Below, piece after piece: positions 18,794 through 26,166 of a DNA stretch of 64,000 nt. The stretch's first letter is position 1. Every line of letters starts with the position of its first letter. The position numbers and the translations under genes are program-made. This DNA comes from a virus (taxonomy: Duplodnaviria > Caudoviricetes). The DNA is taken from the IMG/VR virus record IMGVR_UViG_2867134129_000001, positions 1 to 64,000 of that record. One strand, written 5' to 3'. Below the pieces are notes generated by a model. It did not search any database and had not been told where the DNA came from. It saw only the letters and a program-made list of their open reading frames with translations.

Positions 18794-19251
18794 CAGTCTT
18801 CGCGGCCCGCCAACGCACCGAAGAAGTCGGCGATCTCCTCATCCCGCAGCTCTTCGTTGCTGCGCTGGAGGTCGTCCTCCAGGCCCGCCCGCCGCCGGGC
18901 ATCCAGCCAAGGGCCGGGCCGATGCGTCATCGCGGACAGCTCATGGGCAGAAAACGCCTTGAAACTCTCCAGCACGGCGTCGATCGACTCACGCTCGCCC
19001 ACATCCAGCTTCGACGGGTCGCCGTGAATATCGCCGCTCTCAAGTCGGAACTGGCCGCGGTGCTCGGCGTACAACTCGTACACCACCGGCCCGTTCGCCC
19101 ACGCCTCGAAACGCTCCGGGAACAGCTGCCGGTCCTCCCAGGCCAGGTGGTACCCGTAGGCGAAATAGCAGAGCTTCTGCAACTTCATCGCGGACATCGG
19201 ACTGTCCTTGCGCAGTATGTACGCGGCCACGTCCTGAACGCTCGCTGTCAT
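18793..19251 (-). CDS. Panacea (DUF4065/SocA-like) antitoxin
   Basis: DVAAYIL, MKLQKLCYFAYG, FEAWANGPVV, ELSAMTH..PW. Confidence 0.9.
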   Translation of the reverse strand: MTASVQDVAAYILRKDSPMSAMKLQKLCYFAYGYHLAWEDRQLFPERFEAWANGPVVYELYAEHRGQFRLESGDIHGDPSKLDVGERESIDAVLESFKAFSAHELSAMTHRPGPWLDARRRAGLEDDLQRSNEELRDEEIADFFGALAGRED

Positions 19252-19413
19252 GGTGTCCCCTCTGGTGCCTGTTCCTCACCGTAGATGAGTCCTCTCCGGG
19301 TGCGACTCGGCGGGTCTACGGGCAGGACGGCACATCCCCCAGACAGCCCACCGTAGCGACTGGAGCTGGCACCGGTAAGAGGCAGGGTGAAGGTCTGGAC
19401 AACCCATGACGTG

Positions 19414-19429
19414 TCGATCGCACGTTCGA
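19414..19429. promoter_or_regulatory. LexA (SOS) box-like site
   Basis: TCGATC-GCAC-GTTCGA, one mismatch from the actinobacterial TCGAAC-N4-GTTCGA. Confidence 0.5.
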
Positions 19430-19505
19430 ATAACTGGTGGGAGGAGTCCACCCAGAGGCCCAATCGTCCAGCCCCACGGAACCGCGTGACGAACGGGCCC
19501 GAACA

Positions 19506-19541
19506 CGCCGCGACCCCCATCAATCGGTGGAGGTCACGGCG
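19506..19541 (-). terminator. Hairpin downstream of the Aca2-like gene
   Basis: On -: cgccgtgacctcca...tgggggtcgcggcg pairing with G-U pairs. Confidence 0.55.
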
Positions 19542-19575
19542 CACGTGCGCCTTCGGGGACCACGAGGGCACAGGG

Positions 19576-19995
19576 TCACGACGCCTCACCCTCCTGCGGC
19601 GGGTAGGCGATGGCGAGCCCCGGCACCTCCTGCGCAATCCGGGCAACAACCGCCCGGTGCCAGGAAGCCGGGAACGGAACCTCGGGGTGCGCTGCGTGGT
19701 ACTCGGCATCCGTCCGGTACGTGAACACCCCAGGCCCTGGGAGGTCAAGAAGCTTGCTGACGGCGCCAGCCACGAACTCACCGGTACGGGCCTCCAGGCT
19801 CTCCATCTCCAAACGCACCCCGTCAGGGACGGCGTACTTGCCCTGCTCCCAGTGCCGCACCGTGCGGGGGGACACCCCGAGGTGGGCGGCGAGCCAGTCC
19901 CCGGTCAGGCCGAGCCAGTCCCGGACCACACGGAACTCGGCGTCCGTCATCCGCTCATCGTCGGACATCCCGGGAGGGTCGGTGTGCTCAGTCAT
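19576..19995 (-). CDS. Aca2/YdiL (DUF1870)-like HTH regulator
   Basis: MTDAEFRVVRDWLGLT..LAAHLGVSPRTVRHWEQGKYAVPDGV and C-terminal TYRTDAEY..W..AVVAR. Confidence 0.75.
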   Translation of the reverse strand: MTEHTDPPGMSDDERMTDAEFRVVRDWLGLTGDWLAAHLGVSPRTVRHWEQGKYAVPDGVRLEMESLEARTGEFVAGAVSKLLDLPGPGVFTYRTDAEYHAAHPEVPFPASWHRAVVARIAQEVPGLAIAYPPQEGEAS

Positions 19996-20015
19996 GCTGG
20001 GGCCTCCAGGCCGTA

Positions 20016-20040
20016 AGCCCCGGCGGTATCCGCCGGGGCT
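20016..20040 (-). terminator. Hairpin between the acidic gene and the Aca2-like gene (possible attenuator)
   Basis: agccccggcgg-tat-ccgccggggct perfect 11-bp stem. Confidence 0.6.
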
Positions 20041-20050
20041 GGGGTGGCCG

Positions 20051-20386
20051 TCAGTTGTCGACGTCGTGCTTCTGGATGATCGTCCACAGGTCGACGTCCT
20101 GGATCGCTTCGCGGATGTCGAAGTCGCCGATCTCGTCGGTGTAGTCGGGGTCGGTGTGGTGCAGGCCGATGAACTCGTTGCCCGCGATGGAGATGCCGGC
20201 GGGGAGGGCGTCTTCGATGGCGTCGCGGTAGTCGGAGGCGATGAGGTCGAGGGCGCCGCTGCTCTCCATGCGCTCCTGCCAGTCGCTGGGGCCGCCGTTG
20301 ATGGCGTCCACGATGCTGGCCTCGACGGACAGGTTGCCGCTGTCGCCGTGGTTGTTCCAGGTGCCGTAGCTGGTGGTGACGTTCAT
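20051..20386 (-). CDS. Small highly acidic protein; candidate anti-CRISPR / DNA-mimic anti-defence protein
   Basis: 111 aa with 23 D+E versus 4 K+R; GGAAGGA RBS; directly upstream of the Aca2-like gene. Confidence 0.6.
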   Translation of the reverse strand: MNVTTSYGTWNNHGDSGNLSVEASIVDAINGGPSDWQERMESSGALDLIASDYRDAIEDALPAGISIAGNEFIGLHHTDPDYTDEIGDFDIREAIQDVDLWTIIQKHDVDN

Positions 20387-20439
20387 GGCCGGGTCCTTCC
20401 GGTGGAGTCTGGGGCTGTTCCCCTGACCTCATGACGACA

Positions 20440-20468
20440 ACATTAGCTTCCTGTTTTAGGAAGCGCAA
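20440..20468 (-). promoter_or_regulatory. Sigma70-type promoter with operator palindrome in the spacer
   Basis: On -: TTGCGC-17 nt-TAATGT; IR GCTTCCT-N5-AGGAAGC at 20446-20464. Confidence 0.75.
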
Positions 20469-20511
20469 GGGGTGTCGCGCAGAAGAGTGAGAACCCATCA
20501 GAAACCCCAGC

Positions 20512-21657
20512 TCAGAAACGCATCGCCGGATGGCACCGCTGGCACAGGGTGGTCGTCGGCAACCCGTCATGGCCGGTCGCATCCCGCCGGCGGGTCACCT
20601 CGCCGCAGTCCGGGTCCCCGCAGTGCGGTACCGTCTCCCACCCTTGAGGCCGCGACCCGTTCCGGCCTTCCTCCTCCAGGCGCCCCCACGAGTCCTGGTA
20701 CGGCCTGTGCGGGCCCGAACGCCCGGCAAGCTGCATCCACCCATCCACGACCGCATCCGTGCCCTCCAGGGGCCGTCTCGCAGCCTCACGGAACGCCACC
20801 GGGTCCGGCAGCTCATCCGCAGCCAGCCGGTGCACGTACACTGCCGCAGCAGAGTTCACCGCGGCACCACCGAGGTCGAGGTACGTCTTCAAGTCCTGCT
20901 CGACCCAACCGGCGTCCAGGGCGGCAGCGACAAGGCCGACCAACCGTCCGCGCTGCTTCGACCCCGGCGGGCGACCACGGAAGTCCAGCGCGGACACGAA
21001 GGGCTCGGCCTGCGGGTGCAGTTCCGGCGTACCAGTGGCGGTACCTCGGTCTTCGTCTTGATGAAGGAAATCGCCACCGCCTCCTCCCTGCCCAGCCGGC
21101 TCATCACCTGCAGACGGCAGCGGGCCGGAGGAGGAGGGAGAGTCTTGAGGAGAAGCAAGGAGAAGAACAGGAGAAGGGGGCCCAACGGTGGTTGGCCCTT
21201 CACCCACCACGGTTGGGCCTTCGCCCACTGTGGTTGGGCCTTCCGCAACCACGGTTGGGCCTTCAGGCGTCAAAGGCCCAACCGTGGTTGGCCCTTCCGG
21301 CTCACAAGGTCCAACGCTGGTTGGGGCTTCGAAATCCGGCACCCGGAACTGCATCGCCACACCCGGCACCGCATACAACGGACGGCCATCCCGGCCCGTA
21401 CCGATCGGCAACCGGAACTCCCAGCCCGCCACCGCAAGCCGACGCAGCATCTCCCGGACGCTCAGCTCATCCTTCGCACCCGTCCACCGCACCAAGTCCG
21501 CCAAGCGCACCTTGCTGCGCCTGCCCCGGGCCGCGTCGAACCGCCACTCGTCGTCATACCGGGCGTCATCCGCGATCTCCAACGCCACCGCCCGCTGCAA
21601 ACCCTTGATCTCCGGCCCCAACGCCTCACGCAACTCACGGCGCAACTCGCTACTCAT
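20512..21657 (-). CDS. Replication initiator 2 (RepA-like: N-terminal HTH, repeat linker, C-terminal zinc finger)
   Basis: ALEIADDA..LADLVRWTG..VREMLRRL wHTH; EGPTTVG repeats; PHCGDPDC..TR..CQRCHP C-terminus. Confidence 0.7.
   Translation of the reverse strand: MSSELRRELREALGPEIKGLQRAVALEIADDARYDDEWRFDAARGRRSKVRLADLVRWTGAKDELSVREMLRRLAVAGWEFRLPIGTGRDGRPLYAVPGVAMQFRVPDFEAPTSVGPCEPEGPTTVGPLTPEGPTVVAEGPTTVGEGPTVVGEGPTTVGPPSPVLLLASPQDSPSSSGPLPSAGDEPAGQGGGGGDFLHQDEDRGTATGTPELHPQAEPFVSALDFRGRPPGSKQRGRLVGLVAAALDAGWVEQDLKTYLDLGGAAVNSAAAVYVHRLAADELPDPVAFREAARRPLEGTDAVVDGWMQLAGRSGPHRPYQDSWGRLEEEGRNGSRPQGWETVPHCGDPDCGEVTRRRDATGHDGLPTTTLCQRCHPAMRF
21181..21330. repeat. Iteron-like repeats (about 6 copies, 21-33 bp spacing) inside rep2
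   Basis: Repeated cc(a/c)ac-N3-ggttgg(g/c)(c/g)cttc units with CCAAC..GTTGG dyad; encode (E)GPTT/VVG. Confidence 0.75.
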
Positions 21658-21741
21658 CACAACCTCCACCGCACCGACCAACGCCGAGCAGCACAAACAC
21701 AGCACTCCTGAGGGAACGCGGGACCCGCCCGCCGATCTGGA

Positions 21742-21771
21742 AACGGCCGGGCAGCTGGTGCTGCCCGGCCG
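21742..21771 (-). terminator. Hairpin between the BRO gene and rep2
   Basis: acggccgggcagc-tggt-gctgcccggccgt 13-bp stem. Confidence 0.6.
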
Positions 21772-21787
21772 TAAGGAACCGCAGGGG

Positions 21788-22555
21788 TCAGGCGCTAAGG
21801 GCGACCTGGCCGCCCGACTCGAACATGCCGATCTCGTCGGCGATCTCCGCGTACACCTGCTCCAGCAGCGGGCGGTCGTCCTCGACGTATGCGACGACCT
21901 TGTCGATCCGCGAACCGGCAGGCCCCGGGATCTTCTCCGGGCGCTTCCCATGCACCTTCAGGTACCGGTTTGAAACCCGGACCCCGAACCCCGACTGGAA
22001 CTTCGCCACGGTCGCCGGCTTGTGCCCCTTCTCCGCGAGGAACGTCGACGCGTACAGAGGCGTCTCCGCGGAGTCGAGCTCGGGCCGCTCGCCCATCGCC
22101 CGCGCCATGATGACCTTGCCGGTCGCCGCCGCGTAGGACTCCGGCAGGACGTGCCGCAGGATCGCGAGCACCTCGGCCTGCTCCCGGTACGGAAGGGGCC
22201 CAGCCGCCGTAGTGACCTCCCGCACCGGCTCCGCCTCGAACCGCCCGGTCTCCCGGATCTCGCGCAGGATTGCCTTGACGCGCTTCTTGATCTCTTTCGC
22301 GCCAGGGAGGGTGCTGCGGAAGATCAGCTCCCACATGCCGTCCTCGTAGATGACGTTCAAGCGCTGCGGACCGCCGGGGGTCAGCACGATTTGCTGACCC
22401 TTTTCGTCATCACCCAGGAGGCGCGTTGCGTCGCTCGCCTGCCCGTACCCCATGGCCTTCGCGTAGTCCGATGCCACGGCGTAGGGGGTGCCGTGCTCGG
22501 TGACACCGAAACGGATGTCCGACCCCGAGACGTTGAACAACTGCACTGCGCTCAT
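21788..22555 (-). CDS. BRO-N domain phage antirepressor
   Basis: PYAVASDYAKAMGY..LGDDEKG..TPGGPQ..IYEDGMWELIFRS..ILREIRETGRF. Confidence 0.88.
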   Translation of the reverse strand: MSAVQLFNVSGSDIRFGVTEHGTPYAVASDYAKAMGYGQASDATRLLGDDEKGQQIVLTPGGPQRLNVIYEDGMWELIFRSTLPGAKEIKKRVKAILREIRETGRFEAEPVREVTTAAGPLPYREQAEVLAILRHVLPESYAAATGKVIMARAMGERPELDSAETPLYASTFLAEKGHKPATVAKFQSGFGVRVSNRYLKVHGKRPEKIPGPAGSRIDKVVAYVEDDRPLLEQVYAEIADEIGMFESGGQVALSA

Positions 22556-22929
22556 CAGATGGCGTCCATCTGCCGGCGAAGCACGCGCAGGGTGTCGACG
22601 AACGCCTGCATCTGTGCGATGAGGATGTCGGCGCCATTCTTGTCGACCTCGGCGTCGGTCTCGCCGCTCAGGTACATGACGAGCGTGTCATCGTCCGGCG
22701 TGCGGTCGATCTTGAGGAGCTGAGCCTTGATGAGAGCGTCAGCCACATCGCCGTCGAGCGGATCGGGGTTTGCCACGCTGTGCTCTGCCGAGAGGTGGAC
22801 GGTCATGCGCATGGTGGCGCATGCCGCCGCCTGGTGGCTTTCGCGGCACCAGGCCGGGCAGAGGGTGGGGTGCGCGGCGTGGGTGTCACCCTCAGGCGCA
22901 TCTACGGATCCGGGCAGTAGAGTAGTCAC
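22555..22929 (-). CDS. Hypothetical protein (CPAWC..H motif, DUF6907-like)
   Basis: LCPAWCRESH; AGGAAG RBS. Confidence 0.6.
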   Translation of the reverse strand: MTTLLPGSVDAPEGDTHAAHPTLCPAWCRESHQAAACATMRMTVHLSAEHSVANPDPLDGDVADALIKAQLLKIDRTPDDDTLVMYLSGETDAEVDKNGADILIAQMQAFVDTLRVLRRQMDAI

Positions 22930-23125
22930 GTGGACTTCCTCTCTTCGCAGGGAAGGGTCTCCGATCAGCGAGGTGCAACTCGCTGTGCGAACCGGCCGAG
23001 GCGTTTGAGCGCCTCGGCCGTTCTCGTCTCAAGCTAAGCCCATTCTGAGCCGAAGGCAAGCCTAGTTAGGCATTCGGTGTGCGTCGGGGGTGGCGCCCAC
23101 GGCTCTACCTGTGCATGATGTGCCT

Positions 23126-23527
23126 ATGAGTGAGGACTACGAGGCGCTAGGGAGGGCCGTAAGGGAGGCCCGGATCCGCCAAGGCATGACGCAGACCCAG
23201 TTGGCCGAGGTGGCTGGAGTGTCGCGAGCCACGCTTCAAAATTTGGAGCGCGGCGGAAGGCTGCGGAGCCTCAACCTAGTGAAGATCGAGTCGGTGCTGG
23301 GGTGGGCCCCAGGATCCGTCCAAGCTCTCCTCGAAGGGGGCGCCCCCAGCCCGATAGAGGAGATGCCGGAAGCGGTCGGGGCCTCCTCGGTCACCCTCTC
23401 CGAAGAGGAGCTTGCGCAGGCAGTCACCAGCGCCATGGTCGCCACGGTCGACACTGTAACCGCCGCAGAAATCCGCGAGGTCGCGCGGAGGATGGTTGAG
23501 GATCTTAAGCAACGCGGAATCCTCTGA
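23126..23527 (+). CDS. XRE-family repressor (probably leaderless)
   Basis: LGRAVREARIRQGMTQTQLAEVAGVSRATLQNLERG; CATGAT -10 lies 6 nt before the ATG; divergent from the BRO/rep2 operon. Confidence 0.85.
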   Translation: MSEDYEALGRAVREARIRQGMTQTQLAEVAGVSRATLQNLERGGRLRSLNLVKIESVLGWAPGSVQALLEGGAPSPIEEMPEAVGASSVTLSEEELAQAVTSAMVATVDTVTAAEIREVARRMVEDLKQRGIL

Positions 23528-23550
23528 GTCCTCCGCATCCTGGGCGCAAG

Positions 23551-23576
23551 AAGGCCCCGCCAGTGGCGGGGCCTTT
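23551..23576. terminator. Bidirectional terminator
   Basis: aaggccccgcc-agt-ggcggggccttt between convergent genes. Confidence 0.75.
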
Positions 23577-23589
23577 CGATTGTCCTGGT

Positions 23590-23997
23590 CTAGCGGCGGA
23601 GCGCCTCATCCAGGTACTCCTGCACGGGCCCAAACAGCCCCCACGGCACGTACTTCGCGATCTCCTCGTGCCTGATCCATTCCACTGCGGCGATCTCTTC
23701 GGCGTCCCCGACGATGGCGTCTCCGGAGATCAGCTCGCACGCCACATACGTCATTGGCACCCCTGTCTGCGGGTGGACCCGGTCACCGAGGACTCGGACG
23801 GCCTTGACCTCCAGGCCGACCTCCTCCGCGGTCTCCCGCACCGCGGCCTGCTCCGGGGACTCGCCGGCCTCGATGCCGCCGCCGGGGAACGCCCACAGCA
23901 GCTTCCCCTCCCGCTGCTGCCGCCGGATCATCAGCACCTTCCCTCTGTCGACGATGATCGCCGTGGAGACGGGGGGCTGGACACTCTGCTCGGTCAC
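23590..23997 (-). CDS. Nudix hydrolase (intact Nudix box)
   Basis: FPGGGIEAGESPEQAAVRETAEEVGL. Confidence 0.9.
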   Translation of the reverse strand: MTEQSVQPPVSTAIIVDRGKVLMIRRQQREGKLLWAFPGGGIEAGESPEQAAVRETAEEVGLEVKAVRVLGDRVHPQTGVPMTYVACELISGDAIVGDAEEIAAVEWIRHEEIAKYVPWGLFGPVQEYLDEALRR

Positions 23998-24632
23998 GCT
24001 GCCTCCAAGGCACTCAAGATCGGCGGGTAGATGTTCTCGGCAGGGATGAAACGGGTCAGGGCGGCGAGGGGCACCCAAGCGACGTCCATGTTCTCGACCG
24101 CGTCCAGGTTGCTGGCCTCGCCGGCGAGATAGTCGCAGAGGACGTAGCTGGCCAGCACCCCGGTTTTCGGGTGAACCCGGGTGCCGAGCTCCTCGCGGAC
24201 CGCAACGTGGACCCCGGTCTCCGCGTGGGTCTCCTGCACCGCCACCGACGCCACGGCGGCGCCCGGCTTGCACATCCCGGCCGGGAACTGCCAACTGAGC
24301 GCGTCATCGCCGCGGCGGCACACGAGGAGCACCTCGGCCCCGCGCAGCACCACGGCGATAGCGACCCGGAGCACCTGCGCCTCAGCCTGGGCGGGCTCCT
24401 CGGGCGGGCGGGACAGAAGGGTGAAGCGGCGTCTCACGTGCTCGGTAGCCCTCTCGTAGGTGGTGTCGAGGGCCTGCTGCATCTCGGTGCGCGGCACGAT
24501 CTCCGGGTTTTTGTGCCAGCCGGCGACCGTGCGAACCGCAACCCCGAGCTTCGCGGCGAAGCTCTCGTTCGTCATGCGGAGTGCGGCCTGCAACGCGCAG
24601 GCGGTGCGGCCGGTCCACGTGGTGACGTTCAC
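23994..24632 (-). CDS. HTH + degenerate Nudix fusion protein
   Basis: WTGRTACALQAALRMTNESFAAKLGVAVRTVAGW HTH; FPAGMCKPGAAVASVAVQETHAETGV lacks several Nudix-box glutamates. Confidence 0.8.
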   Translation of the reverse strand: MNVTTWTGRTACALQAALRMTNESFAAKLGVAVRTVAGWHKNPEIVPRTEMQQALDTTYERATEHVRRRFTLLSRPPEEPAQAEAQVLRVAIAVVLRGAEVLLVCRRGDDALSWQFPAGMCKPGAAVASVAVQETHAETGVHVAVREELGTRVHPKTGVLASYVLCDYLAGEASNLDAVENMDVAWVPLAALTRFIPAENIYPPILSALEAA

Positions 24633-24670
24633 TATCCGGCTCCCCGGGTCGTGGCGTTGCGGGTTCTGCA

Positions 24671-24727
24671 TCACTGCTGCACTGCTACTGCACTGCGGGC
24701 CGATCCGGTGCACTGCCACCGCACTGG
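24671..24727. repeat. Cluster of (TG)CACTG(C) repeats upstream of the HTH-Nudix gene
   Basis: tgcactgc at 24678, 24689, 24709 plus tcactgc at 24671 and cgcactgg at 24720. Confidence 0.65.
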
Positions 24728-24785
24728 AAGCTCATCGCCCGGTAAGCCGGCCGCCGGTTGACTTGAAGGCATGGAGATCAGCCGT

Positions 24786-25025
24786 TCACCTGGAAGCCCG
24801 CGAGATTTGCTCCGCTCTGGAGCCGGTCACGCCAAGCAGGTCGCCGACCTGTTGCCAGGAGCGTCCTTCGTGGAGGTTCCGGGCGATCTCGGCTTTGACG
24901 TCCTTGAGATTGGCGTCGAGTTGCGCTTCGAGGTTCTTGACCGCCTGGTACCGCTCGACGTCGTCGCTGATCTCTTTGATGGCCGCGATCAGCGACGTCG
25001 CGCGGGCTTCCAGGGTGTCGGTCAT
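24786..25025 (-). CDS. Small HTH repressor (Kor/TraR-like position; leaderless)
   Basis: GRSWQQVGDLLGVTGSRAEQI HTH; TTGAAG-17-TACTCT-6-ATG. Confidence 0.75.
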   Translation of the reverse strand: MTDTLEARATSLIAAIKEISDDVERYQAVKNLEAQLDANLKDVKAEIARNLHEGRSWQQVGDLLGVTGSRAEQISRASR

Positions 25026-25031
25026 GGAATG

Positions 25032-25125
25032 AGAGTAGGGGCCGATCCGGGCCACTTCAAGCAGTTGCTTGACGCGGGCCGGGTGCAGGTCTACTGTCTA
25101 ACTCAGCACTCCAAGCACCGCTTGA
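25032..25125. promoter_or_regulatory. Back-to-back promoters with CAAGC..GCTTG operators
   Basis: + strand TTGACG(25069)-17-TACTGT(25092); - strand TTGAAG-17-TACTCT; IRs TCAAGCA-GT-TGCTTGA (25057-25072) and CAAGC-ACC-GCTTG (25112-25124). Confidence 0.75.
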
Positions 25126-25250
25126 AGCGCCGTTCACTCCTACCGGGCATGCCCGCGAACGGTGCGACAACGAAAACGGGCCGGATGCCAGCGACTCCTA
25201 CATCGCGCAGCATCCGACCCTCACCGCCAAGGTCTATGAAGGAGACCCCG

Positions 25251-25520
25251 ATGGCTGTGCAGAACTCTACCGTCGAGCGCCCCGCGCTCAGCGACCTATC
25301 CCCGGCCGACATCGCCGCCCACGAGGCTGGCTCGTATGTCCGCCGCGAGACAGTCTCGTACACCGACCTCGCCCGTGCTCGGCACGACCAGGACTGCGCC
25401 CGGTGCCGCACTCTCACCGAGGAGAGCGACGCCCGCGCTGCGGCTTACGGCGAGTCCATTCGTCGCCGCGACCGCCAGCAGCTCGGCCTCCAGCGTGTGA
25501 TCGCCGGGAGCATCCGGTGA
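25251..25520 (+). CDS. Hypothetical protein, first gene of the tra operon
   Basis: AAGGAG RBS; MAVQNSTVERPAL. Confidence 0.65.
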   Translation: MAVQNSTVERPALSDLSPADIAAHEAGSYVRRETVSYTDLARARHDQDCARCRTLTEESDARAAAYGESIRRRDRQQLGLQRVIAGSIR

Positions 25521-25660
25521 TCGCCCCGATGTCTGCGGCGGACCGCAAGGCTCACGTGAAGGCGTCGCACCGCCGCCTGGCCCGGGTTTCCCAGGAGTCC
25601 CCGACCCCGCCCTCGGATCCGGCTGCTCGCCGCCGGTTCATCGCGCAGCGGCAGTGGTGA
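25517..25660 (+). CDS. Small hypothetical protein
   Basis: GTGA-coupled. Confidence 0.45.
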   Translation: MIAPMSAADRKAHVKASHRRLARVSQESPTPPSDPAARRRFIAQRQW

Positions 25661-25666
25661 CTGGCT

Positions 25667-25804
25667 GTGTTCGGGTCTGCTGACTTGTGTTCCGCTGACC
25701 GTGACACTCGTCTCCGCTTGGACCGCATCAATCGGGCTGCGGTGGCTGCCGAGGCTGCGAAGGCGAAGCGGGAAGCCGCCGCGAAGGCGCGTACCGCCCA
25801 CTGA
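25667..25804 (+). CDS. Small basic hypothetical protein (45 aa, below the ORF-track cutoff)
   Basis: GTG start, MFGSADLCSADRDTRLRLDRINRAAVAAEAAKAKREAAAKARTAH. Confidence 0.45.
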   Translation: MFGSADLCSADRDTRLRLDRINRAAVAAEAAKAKREAAAKARTAH

Positions 25805-25883
25805 CTTCCGCGCCCCTGTCGGCGAACTCCCCCGGTCGGCCGGGGTGCGGCTCTCCACCCTCACCCACCCTGGAAGGACAGTC

Positions 25884-26123
25884 ATGCCCAGTCTCGACAT
25901 TCCTGACGTGCACGTGCTGCTGGCCGCCGAGGGGACTCTGCTCCTCGATCGCCCGCAGAGTGAAGCCGACGTGTCGGCCGCAGTCGCCCAGGCGCTGGAG
26001 GCGGTGACCCAGGCGTACCGGGTTGCTTACGCCCACGCCGGTGGTGACGACGAGGACGACACGGTTGACGGCCTCGACATGGCGTTCCACCTGCTCCGCA
26101 GCATCGCCAACGACCTGAAGTAA
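25884..26123 (+). CDS. Small acidic hypothetical protein
   Basis: GGAAGGA RBS; MPSLDIPDVH. Confidence 0.6.
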   Translation: MPSLDIPDVHVLLAAEGTLLLDRPQSEADVSAAVAQALEAVTQAYRVAYAHAGGDDEDDTVDGLDMAFHLLRSIANDLK

Positions 26124-26166
26124 CCCCCACCCCAACACCCCACTTCACCACTCGAAGGGCACCTCC

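Noticed and set aside
19540-19575. gtggtccccg on the - strand after the Aca2-like gene, resembling the start of a type I-E repeat (possible RNA anti-CRISPR)
   Set aside because: The match stops after 10 nt; there is no CCCCGC-N4-GCGGGG stem or 3' handle
20016-20040. Hairpin between the acidic gene and the HTH gene as a solitary CRISPR repeat
   Set aside because: The 11-bp stem with a 3-nt loop and its flanks do not match known repeat families; treated as a terminator or attenuator
19992-20582. Alternative-frame ORF overlapping the acidic gene, with an ATG near the predicted transcription start
   Set aside because: Arg/Pro/His-rich off-frame translation; the acidic frame has the RBS and GC3 bias. 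A regulatory uORF role cannot be fully excluded
21181-21330. Regularly spaced repeats resembling a mini CRISPR array
   Set aside because: Units are adjacent or separated by only a few codons, preserve the reading frame and encode EGPTTVG repeats; no unique spacers and no cas genes
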